The notes: generated from the letters alone by a model not told the origin. Counted from the stretch's first letter, positions 38,201 through 47,737 are shown. The stretch: 64,000 nt of DNA from an uncultured delta proteobacterium (GCA_963696385.1 CAVOKF010000007.1:320001-384000), one strand, 5' to 3'. Numbers and translations: made by a program.

Positions 38201-41200
38201 GCCGAGGGCGTCCTCGTGCAGACGCGCAACGCGGTGCAAGAGATCGACCTTCTGGAACGGGTCCGTGGCGTGCCGGATCTGCACCTCGAGCACGCGGATG
38301 AGTTTGGGCCAGTCGCTCGTGGTTTCGTAAATCGGCTCCAGGACCGCGGCCGCGCCGAGCGGATCGCGTGCGCCCTCCTTGAGGCCCTCGAGCGCGGCCA
38401 GCGTGGGCTCGTGATCGGGCTGACGAACCAGGAGATCGCGATAGAGCTCGACCGCTCTCGCGACGTCCTCGAGGTGTTTCTCGTAGAGCTCCGCGATTCG
38501 ATATTGGAAGCTGACCGCCTCGTTCGGATCCGCCGTCATTTCGCTTTCGTGCGTGAGGACCGAAAGCAGCTCCTGCCAGTTGCCGGCTTGTTCGTACAGA
38601 ACGTCGAGGCGCGACAGCGCCTGGAGATCGTCCGGATCGAGCTCGAGGATCTTCGTGTACGTATCGATCGCTTTCGGGACGTTTCCGAGCTCGCGCTCGT
38701 AGACGGCACCGACTTGGTAATAAATGCCCTTTTTCTCGTCGACGTCGGCGACCAAGTCCGCTTTCCTGGCGTACACGATCAAGAGATCGCTCCAGCGCGA
38801 CAGGTCGAGGTAGCGTCCAATGAGGGCGTCGACCGCGCGCAGATCGTCCGAATCGATCTCGAGCACACGGCTGTAGACGGCAATCGCCGATTCCGGTCGA
38901 TTGAGAACGTCCTCTTCGATGGCGGCGGCCTGAAACAGAGCGTCTTTCTTGTCCGCGGGCTCCTCGAGAATCTCGGACTTGCGTTGCAAGATGACCGACA
39001 GCTCTTGGTAGCGTTCGGTGCTCCGGAACAGCCGTTCCAAAGCCTCCGCGGCCGGCAGGCTCAGCGGGTCGATCTCGAGCACCTTTCGATACAGCGCGAT
39101 CGCCGTGTCGATGTTGCCGAGGTCACTCTCGTGAATGCCGGCGGCCTTCATGGTGAGCGCGCTCGCGAGCATCGGCTCGCCGATCTGCTCCGCCAGGTCC
39201 TCGAAGACACGAGCGACGTCGCCGAATCGGCCCGTGGCCCGCGCGAGCCGATCGAGTTGCTGCTGCGTGGCGTCGTGGGAAGGGTCTTCGCGCAGGGCGC
39301 GCGCCAGGGTGGCGAAGGCCGAACCGAGGTCGCCGGCGGCATCCTCGTAGAGTTGCGCGATCTGATGAAGCAACTCGACCCGCCTCGTGGGGTCCTCGCT
39401 GCGCCGGACCTGCACCTCGTGAGTGCCGATGAGCTTCTGCCAGTCGCCCGTGTGCCGATACAAGGGCTCGAGAAGGTCCGCGATCGTCAATTCGTACTTC
39501 GGATCCGATCCGAGGCGCTCGAGCGCCGCCAAGGCTCGCTCGTTGGTCGGCGCACGCTCCAGCACAGCCCTGTACCCCTCGATGGCGACATCGACGAGGC
39601 CCATTTTCGCTTCGCGCAGATCGGCCAGGCGCATCATGAGCGACAACTGCTCTTCGTCGGTCGCCGCGAGCGCGAGTTGCGCATCGAGGTTCTCGGCGAG
39701 GTCGCTCCACATGGCCTGACGCGTAAAGAGCGCATCGAGAGCGCGGAGCGCCCTATCGCTGGTCGGATCGAGCTCCAGCACTTTGCGATAGGCCGACACG
39801 GCGTCCTCGGGACGCTCCAAACGCTCCTCGTAAATGCCGGCCATCGTGCCGTAGAGCGCCTCGCGCTCCTTGGCGTCGGTCGTCTGCTCGATTCGACGTT
39901 CGACGACTCCGATGAGGTCCTTCCAGCGCCGGGTGCGCGTGAAGAGTTGCTCGAGAAACGCCAACGCCTCGGCGTCGGCGGGGTCGAGCAAGAGCACGCG
40001 CCCGTACGCTTTCGCCGCGCGGTCGACATCGCCCAGACGGTCCTGAATCCCGGCGATGCGCAGCCAGTAGTCTCGGGCGAGTGCCGCGTCCTCGAGGCTT
40101 TGGGCGAGCTCGGTATACAGGGCGACCAACTGTCGCTCGGCCCCGGAGGCGGCGGCGATGGACTCGATTTCGTCGCGTGTCTCGGCGAGAGCCGGATCGT
40201 CGCGAAGGGCCGACGCAAGCACGACGAAGGCGTGCTCGGAGTCGTTCGTGCGCTCGGCACCGATGCGCGCCGCCTTGCGCTTGAGAGCCACCCGGCGATC
40301 CACTTGCGTTTCCCCCGCACCGAGGATCTCGAGAACCTGAATGAGCTTGGGCCAGTCCTGGCGCTCTTCGTAAATCGACTCCAAAATCGAGGCGGCCTCC
40401 GTCCGGAGCGGCCCCGCAAGCATCTGCTCGAGCGCTACGCGCGCTCCTTCGTGCCCCGCATCGACGAAGAGGATCTCGCGGTAGTTTTCGAGTGCCCCCA
40501 ACGGGTCGGCCAGATGCTTCTCGAGAGTCTGGCCAAGCCGGAACTTGAGATCGACGAGCTCCGCCTCGACCAAATCGAGATCGATGCGCCGGCGCAGGAC
40601 CTCGACGTAAGGCTCCCAACGACCGAGCCGTCCGTAAAGTACGTCGAGCGAGGCCAGGGCTTGCGCGTCGGCCGGCTCGTCCTCGAGAACTTGGACGTAC
40701 GTGTCGATGGCCTTGTCGACGTCCTGGATCTCTTCCTCGTAGAGTTTGGCGATTTCGTAATGGATCGCCTTTTTCTCCTCGGGCGTCGTCGAGAGATCGC
40801 GACGCTTTTCGAAGATGCCGAGAAGCTCCGCGAACCGCGAGGTCTGCCGGTACAGCCTCTCGAGGGCGGCGATCGCTTCCGCGTTCTCGCCTTGGGCCTC
40901 GTAGACGGCGCGGTACACGTCGAGCGCCTCGCCGATCTGGTTCACGTCATCGACCAACACGCGACCGAGGCGCAGCCGGAGCATCACGGCGCCGATGGGA
41001 TCGCCCCCCTCGTCGGCCGAGGCGATCGCTTTCCGATACGACGACACGACCGGGTCCCATTGACCAATGGCCTTCGCAACACGCTCGACGTCATCGCTCG
41101 TCTGATCGTCGCCGGGGAAGATCTCGAACGCGGCCAGGTAGCGATGGAACGCGCGCTGGGGGTCTTTGATCTTGCCCTCGTAGAGGGCGGCCACTTCGCG

Positions 41201-43825
41201 CAGCAGCGCGAGTTTCGTCGTCGGATCTTGCTCGTGGCGCAGCTTCACCTCAATCGCGTTGGCGAGCGCCCGCGGGTTGTTCGCGGCCGCATAAATCGGG
41301 ATGAGCGCCTGCGCGGCGCGCAGGTTGTCCGCGTCGAGGTCGAGAACCTTCTCGTAGGATTTCGCGGCCCGGTCGAGCTTCTGCTTCTTGTCCGCCCAGA
41401 GCTCCGCGATCTTGAAAAGGAGCGAGACCTTGGCCCGAGGATCGGCTTCCTTCGTTTCTTGCTGCTCGAGGACTCGGATGAACTCGTCCCATTTCCCGGT
41501 GTCGGCGTAGAACACCTCGAGATCGTCCCAGCGCCCGAGCGTGAGGTACTTCTTCTTGAGCGCGTCTTGAGCGCGTCGGTCGTTCGGGTCGAGCGCGAGC
41601 AGGGCGCGCCACGCGCCGACGGCGCCGTCGTCGTCGTTCAGGCGCTCGCCATAAATCGTTCCGAGCTTGGTCAGCACTTGAATCTTCGCGGGGGCGTCGA
41701 GAGTGACCTCGGCCTGCCGTTGCAGGACCGCGGCGAGCTTCTCGAAATCCTTTGCACGTTCGTAGAGGCCGGCGAGGGCGCCGAGCGCTTCGGCGTTCGC
41801 CTCGTCGCTCGCCAAGACCTCTTGCCAGAGGTCGATGCACACGTCGGGCTTCTTCACGCGCTCGGTCGCGAGCCTGGCGATCTCGAGGAATTTGGCGGCG
41901 CGGTTCGGCCCCGCAGGCAATCGCTCCGCTTCGCGCCGCTGCAGACCGAGGAGCTTTTCCCAGTCCCGACGCTTTTCGTACATTTGGCGCAGGTATTCCA
42001 CCGCCTGCGCGTTGTCGGGATCGATCGCGAGCACGGCCTCGTACGCTTTCACCGCCTCGGCCTGGTTTGCAAACTTGGAGACGTAGAGATCGGCCGCCTT
42101 CGCGTACAGGGCGACTTTGTCTCGACGATCGGGGACGAGCAGAGCGAGCTGCAGGAGCGTCTTGACGTACTCGCTGTAGCGCTTGGACGATTCTTGCTTT
42201 TCGGCGAGCTTCTGCAGCTCCGCAATCTTGGCGAGATCGACCGAGGGCACCGACGGGGTGATTGGTTCGCCGGCCGGTTCAAGCGGCGACGGCACCTCGC
42301 GAGCAGGCCGCGATTCGGCGGGTTCGTCATCCAACGAACGCGCATCCCCCGGCGGCGCGAACCCGGTCGAGACAGGCTCGGCGACCGCTGCGCCGGGCCG
42401 ACGCGCCTCTGCGATCGCCCGACCCGGCCGCGACTCCTCTTGAGCGACCGCCCGACCCGGCCGCGACTCCTCTTGGACCTCCGCGGGGGAGACCGCCTGG
42501 GCGACTGCCCGAGCCGGCCGCGTTTCCTCTTGAGCGACTGCCCGAGCCGGCCGGGACTCCTCTTGGAAGGCCGGTGCACGCGACCCCTCGGCCTCGTTTG
42601 CGATCACGGTCGGAGAGCGGGGCGTCTTGTCGGCGCTGGAGAGCGGAGCCGGCGCCACGGCCGATCGGTCCGTGTCGTCGCGTTCGGCGGATCGAGGAGC
42701 GACCGCGGGCTTCAACGTTTCGCCGATCTGCGCTTCGAACGCGCGCAACTGCGGATGCTCGGGCGAGACGGCGCTCAGGCGCTCGAACGAAAGACGCGCC
42801 CGGATCAGGTTTCCGAGCTGGCGCCACGCGATCGTGCCCGCCTGGGCGAGCAGAAACGTCGCATGTCCGTCTTCGGCGCGCGTCGCCGTTTCTTCGGCGA
42901 GCGTGAGGACCCGATCCCAATCGCCGTCCTTCTTTCCGTAGGCCTCCCTCAGAAAGAAAAACGCGCCCTCGCTGTCCGGAGCGAGCTTGAGCGCCTCCTC
43001 GAGGAATCGCGGGCCAACAACGGCGTTCTGATGACGGACCGCCCAGCGCGTTCCGAAGAGCAACGCCAACCGCCCGCGCTGTCCGCGGTCCTCGGTCTGG
43101 CGCAAGATCTGCTGCTGAGCCTGCTCCAGCACGTCCAACCGACCGCGATCCGAAAGCAGCGACTCGTAGAGAAGCGATATTTCCTTGTTCGTGGGGTCGG
43201 CCAGGTACGCGCGCGCCAGGACGTCCTCGGCCTCGGCGGGCGCAAACCGTCGTGTGATGCGGGCTGCGCGGAGCAACAGGCGCCCCTTCGTCGCGGGATC
43301 GATCGCGGCACTCGCGCTGCCGAGCAGCAGGGAAACCCGCGCCTGCCACGTGTTCGGTCGCAGCTGAAGGTCTTCGAGACAGGCGCTCGCTTCGGCGTTG
43401 TTGCCGTCGCTCAGCGCGAGGGCCCGCGCATAGGTCGCGGTCGCCTTGTCGAAGTCGCCTTGATCGCAGATGACGTCGCCCAACTCCACCAACAAGGCGC
43501 TCGCGCGCGCGCCGTCGACCTTGGCCTTGAGCTCCAGCTCGAGGAGCTTCTGGACCATGTTCAGCTTGCCGAGATCCCAGTACACTTGTCGGGCGGCATC
43601 GAGACTGTCGAGCAGCAACGGATTGAGCTTGTAGGCATCCTGGAAATGCTTCAGCGCCCGAACGCCGGAAAGAAACTTCGTCTCGAGGACTCGACCGAGC
43701 TTGAGATGGAACTGGGCCTTGACGGCACTTGCCGCCTGCGAGGCGATCCCCTTTTCAAGCTCGTCGACGAGGCTCTGCCAGTCGCGGACGTCTTCCAGGT
43801 ATGAAATACGCTCCTCTAAATCCAT
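32216..43825 (-). CDS. gltI: Giant (about 3870 aa) TPR-repeat gliding motility protein, AgmK/GltI-like
   Basis: Continuous TPR-like repeats with no signal peptide. Size and position downstream of gltD-E-F-G match AgmK/GltI. Confidence 0.8.
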   Translation of the reverse strand: MDLEERISYLEDVRDWQSLVDELEKGIASQAASAVKAQFHLKLGRVLETKFLSGVRALKHFQDAYKLNPLLLDSLDAARQVYWDLGKLNMVQKLLELELKAKVDGARASALLVELGDVICDQGDFDKATATYARALALSDGNNAEASACLEDLQLRPNTWQARVSLLLGSASAAIDPATKGRLLLRAARITRRFAPAEAEDVLARAYLADPTNKEISLLYESLLSDRGRLDVLEQAQQQILRQTEDRGQRGRLALLFGTRWAVRHQNAVVGPRFLEEALKLAPDSEGAFFFLREAYGKKDGDWDRVLTLAEETATRAEDGHATFLLAQAGTIAWRQLGNLIRARLSFERLSAVSPEHPQLRAFEAQIGETLKPAVAPRSAERDDTDRSAVAPAPLSSADKTPRSPTVIANEAEGSRAPAFQEESRPARAVAQEETRPARAVAQAVSPAEVQEESRPGRAVAQEESRPGRAIAEARRPGAAVAEPVSTGFAPPGDARSLDDEPAESRPAREVPSPLEPAGEPITPSVPSVDLAKIAELQKLAEKQESSKRYSEYVKTLLQLALLVPDRRDKVALYAKAADLYVSKFANQAEAVKAYEAVLAIDPDNAQAVEYLRQMYEKRRDWEKLLGLQRREAERLPAGPNRAAKFLEIARLATERVKKPDVCIDLWQEVLASDEANAEALGALAGLYERAKDFEKLAAVLQRQAEVTLDAPAKIQVLTKLGTIYGERLNDDDGAVGAWRALLALDPNDRRAQDALKKKYLTLGRWDDLEVFYADTGKWDEFIRVLEQQETKEADPRAKVSLLFKIAELWADKKQKLDRAAKSYEKVLDLDADNLRAAQALIPIYAAANNPRALANAIEVKLRHEQDPTTKLALLREVAALYEGKIKDPQRAFHRYLAAFEIFPGDDQTSDDVERVAKAIGQWDPVVSSYRKAIASADEGGDPIGAVMLRLRLGRVLVDDVNQIGEALDVYRAVYEAQGENAEAIAALERLYRQTSRFAELLGIFEKRRDLSTTPEEKKAIHYEIAKLYEEEIQDVDKAIDTYVQVLEDEPADAQALASLDVLYGRLGRWEPYVEVLRRRIDLDLVEAELVDLKFRLGQTLEKHLADPLGALENYREILFVDAGHEGARVALEQMLAGPLRTEAASILESIYEERQDWPKLIQVLEILGAGETQVDRRVALKRKAARIGAERTNDSEHAFVVLASALRDDPALAETRDEIESIAAASGAERQLVALYTELAQSLEDAALARDYWLRIAGIQDRLGDVDRAAKAYGRVLLLDPADAEALAFLEQLFTRTRRWKDLIGVVERRIEQTTDAKEREALYGTMAGIYEERLERPEDAVSAYRKVLELDPTSDRALRALDALFTRQAMWSDLAENLDAQLALAATDEEQLSLMMRLADLREAKMGLVDVAIEGYRAVLERAPTNERALAALERLGSDPKYELTIADLLEPLYRHTGDWQKLIGTHEVQVRRSEDPTRRVELLHQIAQLYEDAAGDLGSAFATLARALREDPSHDATQQQLDRLARATGRFGDVARVFEDLAEQIGEPMLASALTMKAAGIHESDLGNIDTAIALYRKVLEIDPLSLPAAEALERLFRSTERYQELSVILQRKSEILEEPADKKDALFQAAAIEEDVLNRPESAIAVYSRVLEIDSDDLRAVDALIGRYLDLSRWSDLLIVYARKADLVADVDEKKGIYYQVGAVYERELGNVPKAIDTYTKILELDPDDLQALSRLDVLYEQAGNWQELLSVLTHESEMTADPNEAVSFQYRIAELYEKHLEDVARAVELYRDLLVRQPDHEPTLAALEGLKEGARDPLGAAAVLEPIYETTSDWPKLIRVLEVQIRHATDPFQKVDLLHRVARLHEDALGDHAAAFETYARALAVEDGNEATLGNLERLAIVVHRWPQVARLYDAELDRLARAERTDRFVELGLRNAQIFEVQLDDADGAIARYRRVADVDPENLTAIKALDRLFLQSERWADLAAVLVREAEIGQSADEVLEVEYRLGRVLQTKLGDVEGALVAYREVIGASPDHQATVEALEGLFAEGVRQADVGEILEPLYRATGEWEKLSRVHEAQLASTVGQKDRIAAYYRLAELFEDKLLDPAKTLEVTIRLLKEVPLDEKAGEETQRLAARVDGGWETLANAYADILAVHSEPDVQRSIGRRLARTFEDELGDVGKAEETYKYVLGVDPADADALANLDRIYVSIEGWKDLAQILEMRVQATTDNLELVELYARLGELYEQRLGDVPSAIRAYRHIFDGLDRAHDGAIAALARIYEQQGAWQELDAVYRGELENAVGGSGEADIRAKIGRLAAERLGQPERAIESWKVVLDLRGEDPEALHALSDLYESLAQWAKLVDVLEREFDIASSDEARVAVLTRRARTLSDKLGRDDSARQDWVRVLDIDYSNLEALRSIANICRRQGDANELVGALHQLVDRAAGSLDGEELKEAFRELGKTYGDSLQQPYDAADAWRKLLDVGPDFEAMDSLEAIYRREERWTDVIDVKMRRADALGEPSEQIDELRKVAALWREQVGDADGARVAYEKILVIDPRHDDAFAELEKLHSSAGRWEPLVELYLGRLETQQETGAKTQLLRKIARVFEEKLDDKNQALEALVNALSLDFHDRETARYLERMAQATGRWSEIIQTVNGWLKQQTEPQDKIRLCLHLAKWYGDDLGHPEYAQPYYAQIIQLDPQNVGATRQLASLYKKAGNWQQMGATLTRALDVASNDLDRKEILTDLGEVLDAHMQQTEQAVTYFQRALEVDPQFLPALENLERIYGARSQNRELVDVLQRKVLALKEPEEIAATKLRIAQIFESSLNDAARAAQVYREVVDIAPGHLQALRGLARVYQALERWADLVGVLEKQLDVVTTERERIDVLMNLATLHEEHFLKADLAAQRLEQALEVDSSNEAAYFKLERAYRRLRQWKELVDTYERHIGATQERKTKIELFGAIAQVYADEIEDAERAIDAYKNIVALDEQNIAALESLAKLYDKTGDAAQSIDCMTRVAELTQDTKQRVEAFYRIGKALDDKLGDRVLAQERFETALDLDSAHLPTLAALRQIAIDSADFDKAARYLAQEQGFTQSPRQRARLLVDLGRLREEMLSDHPGAVLAWESAYEADSENEDAAMPLVDEYIAGEQWGKAEPLLELLVRKSGKRERSEQHALQNKLGRVCAALGKDDKALKAFTAAHQLDLTNQVTIRGLAEVSFKLKDWTAALANYQKVLTALGEGESAARADVYYRLGCIKGEQGQARQAINNFEKALSVDPAHRPTLEGLVSLYAEAKDWKQVVAYKRQILDNVYDVEDRFRMLNEIADVWSDQDKSASRAIEALEEARELQPFNPGLLHKLIALYQSTENWSKMIDTISAIADNEKDAIRKSKFLYTMAQLYRDKEGDQDKAVELFGEALDLNPQYLEAFERINKILTAKKDWKALERAFRKMLRRMSAGNVSNPDLEFALWHNLGLIYRDRLRDTASGIEAFKMATRVKPDEAVERQILAELYEATDQIEAAIGEHSLVLQNEPLRVEPYRSLYKLYLRMHEYDRAWCMCAALAFLHKADEEEQRFFEDYRPRGMIQVKSRLDNEAWVRFLFHKDENLYIGKIFEMLTPAAIIAKTNQLKAQKQLPVLDRRFRQDPTTSTVTFAKTFGWAGQVLGIATPELYVRNDVPGALLAVVSTPPASVAGQTVLTGFTPQELTFIVGKHLSNYRGEHYIKNLFPTLNELKVILFAGVKIVIPDFAVPGEMAQAVNATAAELVKHMQPVQRESLRLVVQKWIEDGAKADLRRWMQAIEITACRAGLLLCADLEIAKKIIAAEPQLPGDLPPADKMKELLVFSVSEQYFSLRKTLGIAVG
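42380..42566. repeat. 33-bp intragenic repeats in the GltI linker
   Basis: Encodes QEE(S/T)RP(A/G)RA(V/I)A four times plus a degenerate copy. Confidence 0.85.
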
Positions 43826-44218
43826 CAACCGCCTCGGTTAGTTCGATCGATCCATGAAGGCTCATCGTCCCCGCACCCTCGAATCGCACGCGCCAGGCTC
43901 GAGCGCCGCGGCAGCCTGGTTTGCGAGGTGCTGATCGCGCAAGGGAAACGGTACCAGAGCGCGGCTCGAAGTGGGCCACATCCTGTGAACGAGCCGCCCC
44001 GGGTGGGCTCCATCGTGGCGGAGACTATACAGCCGCCGCGCCATCCGACCGCCGGTGATTTTTCGAGCACCCTGGCGAACAGGACGCCGGCCGGAGCAAA
44101 TGTCGGTGTGCCCCGCAGCCCTTGTGCCCGGCACGGGCACGATCGGCCCGGCCACAGCTGAGCCGCGGCGCGGACGGCGTCGGCGTTGCCGTCCAGCCGG
44201 AGCCTTCGCCGCCGCCGA

Positions 44219-45145
44219 CTACTGGAGCGAGCCGCCCATGCGGCGAACGATCTCTTGCGACTGAGCGCATTCGTCGCCGTACTTCACGGCGAGAGCCCCC
44301 TTGCACGTGATCTTCCAGAAGGACTGAAGTTGCTGGATGGCCTCGTTTTTTTTCGGCGGATTGAGCTCCGCATAGGCCGTCCCGAGGTTGAAGTACGCTT
44401 CCTTGTGATCGTTGCACTTGTTGCTGTTGCACGCTTTTTTGGCGTCCTCGTACTCGGCGACCGCCCGGGAGAAATCGCCCTTGGTCTCGTACACGTCGCC
44501 GAGAAGCGCATGCAGATTGAATAGGTGCTTGTCGTCGGCGGTGGCGTAGGAAATCCCCTCCTTGAGGACCTTCTCAGCCTGGTCGTAGAACATGAGGCGG
44601 CGGTATTCGTCGGCCAACGACACGTAGTACTGGGTCTCGTCCGGCTTCGCCTGGATCGCTTTGGTCCAGTTTTGGATCGCGCCGGACTCGTCGTCCGTGT
44701 GGATGAGCGTCCAGGCGAGTTCGCCGTACGCCTGGCTGTAGTTGGGATCGAGCTGGATCGCGGTCTGGAACGGAGCCTTCGGATCGGCCCAGCTGCCGCT
44801 TCCCTTTTCCGCGAGTTGCTCGAGCGCATAGCCCTGACGAAAATAGTAATCGGCGTGCACTTTCTTTTTTTCCGCGCGCTCCGAGGCTTCCTCCGCCTGA
44901 ACGCTGGCGCTCGCCATCTTCTGCCAGTCTTCCTTTTTCTCGTACGCGAGGACGAGTTTCCACCAAATGCGAGCGTTGTCGGGATCCAATTTGGTCGCCT
45001 GCTCGTATTTGGAGATCGCCTCTTCGACGTTCGAATTCTTCGCCTGATCTCCCTCGTTGGCGAGATTCACGGCCTCGATGTTGTTTCGATTGCAGCCGGC
45101 GGCGACGACGGCAACGGCGACGACGAGGGAGAACTTGGGGCTCAT
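44219..45145 (-). CDS. TPR-repeat lipoprotein
   Basis: ATG at 45145 gives MSPKFSLVVAVAVVAAGC (lipobox), TPR repeats and C-terminal Cys pairs. Confidence 0.85.
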   Translation of the reverse strand: MSPKFSLVVAVAVVAAGCNRNNIEAVNLANEGDQAKNSNVEEAISKYEQATKLDPDNARIWWKLVLAYEKKEDWQKMASASVQAEEASERAEKKKVHADYYFRQGYALEQLAEKGSGSWADPKAPFQTAIQLDPNYSQAYGELAWTLIHTDDESGAIQNWTKAIQAKPDETQYYVSLADEYRRLMFYDQAEKVLKEGISYATADDKHLFNLHALLGDVYETKGDFSRAVAEYEDAKKACNSNKCNDHKEAYFNLGTAYAELNPPKKNEAIQQLQSFWKITCKGALAVKYGDECAQSQEIVRRMGGSLQ

Positions 45146-45297
45146 GGCGCGACGGAGTCTACGAGAACGCGCGCGCGCGCGTCTACTGCTCCGAGCCACA
45201 AAAGGGGACGCGGCTGGCGTTCGCCTTCCGTCCGCAGCGCGCCCGCCGAGCATTCGGCGCAACCCAGCCCACTGCGCGAGACGCGGACGTCCGAGTG

Positions 45298-47406
45298 TCA
45301 GTCGCCCGGATTGAACATGATCGGGTACACGACCGTGACCATGCCACCCTCGGGCTGCGGGAACGACAGATTGCCGAAGCCGCGCACGACGCATTGCACC
45401 ACGCCTTGATCCGGCAGATCGCTCCCGCCGTCGGCCGTCATGGCCACCGCACCGCTCCGGTCGATGACGAACTTGACGCTTACGCGCCCCTGCAAGTTGG
45501 GGTTATTGCGCATTCCGTTCTCGTAGCAGAGGCGGAATCGACCAAAGTTCTGACGAACGATGCGCTGGATGACTTCGGGGGGAAGACGACCGTTCACCTG
45601 CGTCGCGCCTTCCCGGATGCGCGGAGCCTTGACCTGGTGACCCCCGCCCAGCCGACCCCGCCCGTTGCCGATGCCCTGGCCGGTTCCGGTGCCCGCTCCG
45701 TGTCCGAGTCCGCCGAAGTTGCCGAGACCGATGCCTTCTCCCCGGCCGCCACCGCCCTCGCCCACACCCGACAGACCCAGACCGCCGGCCCCGAACGAGT
45801 CGCCAATCGTGTCGCCGAACATGTTGCCGCGGGCGCTCTTTTCGTCCTGACCCGCCGATTCCTCGCGGCCCCACGGGGCCGTCGGAGCGTTCGGGTCGCC
45901 CCCACCCATCGTCGAGATCAAGCCGATCATCCCGAACTGAGCGGCCTCTTGAAGGGCGGCTTGTTTCGCGAGGTGCGGATCGGGATTGTCCTTGGGGCCC
46001 TGGACTCCGTACTTGTGGCCGGTATCGCGCGTATTCGGGTTGCCCATCGACCCTTCTTCGCCCTTGGCCCGGGTGCCCGTCCCCCCCTCTTTCTGGTCGG
46101 GGGCGGTCTCGGTGACCTCCTGGTCCTGCCGCTCCTCTTGCTCGCGCTCGGCAGCCGCATTCAAGAGCTTCTGCATCATCAGGATCTGGTCGCGATCGAT
46201 GTCCTCGCTGTCGTCGCCCCGCATGCTCGGCATGAAGAACGCGAACACCGCGACAAGCCCCATGTGCAGCAAAAACGACAGACCGGTGTACAGGAAGGCC
46301 GCCGGCTCGGTCGTCGCGAGAAAGCCAACGGGAACGCGCTTGCCGGCGTTGACCGCGCTCACCTGGAACACGAGCGCACTGCCATCGAGCTCCATTCGAG
46401 CCTTCGCCCCCGCAGGCAGCTCGTACTCGTACGCCCCGCTCATTTCGGTCGACGGCCGGGCTCGTCCTGCCGACACGAGATCGGCGAGACTGACCTTGCC
46501 GTGACCCGCAATGTCCACGTATCCGCGCGATCGCGGCAGGATGACGAGGGCAGCCCCGATCCCTCGCGATACCACGATCGGCGCGCGGGTCGTGCCGAGC
46601 GTCTCGCTCGGAATGAAGTAGTCGCAGCCGGCCTTGTCGCCGATCTCTTCTCCGACATAAAACGATCGAGGGGGAGTCAGATGCGAGACGTGCAGGACGT
46701 TCGTGTCCCACAGGATCATCACTTCGATGCTCGAGAGATGAGCGACCTCGACTTCGTCCGGACTGACGTCCGGACCGCTCTTCAGCATCGAATAGGTAAA
46801 GCCCGAGCCGGCGCCATCGAGCGGCGGCTCGATCCCGAGACCCGGAGCCAACGACGGGCTCGCGGCATGGGCTGCAAAGGCAGGCGCGGCGGACGCTGCG
46901 AACGCCGCCTGCGCGGGAGCCTGCGCCGCAGCCGCGGCCGCAAACGGGTTCACCCCTGCCGCAAACGGGTTCGCGCTCGGCGCCGGAGCGGCGAACGGGC
47001 TGGCGCCGGCGAACGGATTCGACACGCCCGCCGCCTGAGCCGGCGGCGCCACGTACCCCGCCGGCGGCTGCTGCAGAGCGGTCGCGAACTCGGCGCCCTC
47101 CAAGACGACGACGGTCGAGCCGATCTGAATCTGATCGCCCGGCCGTACCTTGCACTTGTTGACACGCTGCCCGTTGACGAGCGTTCCGGGCTCGTTGCCG
47201 AGATCGATGAGCGTGATGTCGGTCGGCGATGCCACCTCGATGACGGCGTGCATGCGCGAAGCCAGGTCGTCGTCCACCCGCAAGTGACTGCGCGGATCCT
47301 TGCCGACTTTGACGATGTCTTGCGCAATCGTGTCGCGACGGACGAGCTGATCTCCCTGATACAGCGCGAACGTGAGTGCGACCTTGGCCTTGCCCTGGCT
47401 GTCCAT
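45298..47406 (-). CDS. gltG: Gliding motility protein GltG/PglI (FHA, TM, TonB-C-like AgmX/PglI C-terminal domain)
   Basis: N-terminal FHA (KVGK...SRMHAVIE...IDLGNEPGTLVNG), TM with SFLLH, a Gly-rich linker, and IQRIVR...CYE...NPNLQGRV...C...FPQP.GG.V.V.YP. Confidence 0.88.
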   Translation of the reverse strand: MDSQGKAKVALTFALYQGDQLVRRDTIAQDIVKVGKDPRSHLRVDDDLASRMHAVIEVASPTDITLIDLGNEPGTLVNGQRVNKCKVRPGDQIQIGSTVVVLEGAEFATALQQPPAGYVAPPAQAAGVSNPFAGASPFAAPAPSANPFAAGVNPFAAAAAAQAPAQAAFAASAAPAFAAHAASPSLAPGLGIEPPLDGAGSGFTYSMLKSGPDVSPDEVEVAHLSSIEVMILWDTNVLHVSHLTPPRSFYVGEEIGDKAGCDYFIPSETLGTTRAPIVVSRGIGAALVILPRSRGYVDIAGHGKVSLADLVSAGRARPSTEMSGAYEYELPAGAKARMELDGSALVFQVSAVNAGKRVPVGFLATTEPAAFLYTGLSFLLHMGLVAVFAFFMPSMRGDDSEDIDRDQILMMQKLLNAAAEREQEERQDQEVTETAPDQKEGGTGTRAKGEEGSMGNPNTRDTGHKYGVQGPKDNPDPHLAKQAALQEAAQFGMIGLISTMGGGDPNAPTAPWGREESAGQDEKSARGNMFGDTIGDSFGAGGLGLSGVGEGGGGRGEGIGLGNFGGLGHGAGTGTGQGIGNGRGRLGGGHQVKAPRIREGATQVNGRLPPEVIQRIVRQNFGRFRLCYENGMRNNPNLQGRVSVKFVIDRSGAVAMTADGGSDLPDQGVVQCVVRGFGNLSFPQPEGGMVTVVYPIMFNPGD

Positions 47407-47458
47407 CAATAACCCCATCCCGCGCAGCGTCGCGCGGCGTGACACTCGCTCAAGCTAG

Positions 47459-47737
47459 CTAAATGTTCTCGACCGACTTGAGCATTTCGGGCACGAACGA
47501 CGTCCGCGGGCGAATCAACGTCGTCCTCACGGGACCGGGGCGAACGCGAATCGTCGCGTCGGCCGGACCGAAGCCACCGGCGCTCAGCGGATCGTCTTCG
47601 AACTTGTACCCGTAATCGCCCTGCCCGCCAGTGTCCCCTTTGGTATTCGCGACGTCTTGCGCGCGCGATCGCGCCGAAACCGTCAGGAGCGCCGCCGCAA
47701 CGAAGCCGCCCCACAGCCACTTGTTCGTCCGTCTCAT
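47459..47737 (-). CDS. gltF: Small secreted gliding protein GltF/CglF-like
   Basis: Signal peptide plus YKFEDDPL...LIRPRTSFVPEMLKSVENI; located between gltE and gltG. Confidence 0.8.
   Translation of the reverse strand: MRRTNKWLWGGFVAAALLTVSARSRAQDVANTKGDTGGQGDYGYKFEDDPLSAGGFGPADATIRVRPGPVRTTLIRPRTSFVPEMLKSVENI

Noticed and set aside
33389..43804. Very long + strand ORFs (1005 aa and 2437 aa) antisense to gltI
   Set aside because: Shadow ORFs produced by GC-biased codon usage of the real minus-strand gene; no recognisable motifs.
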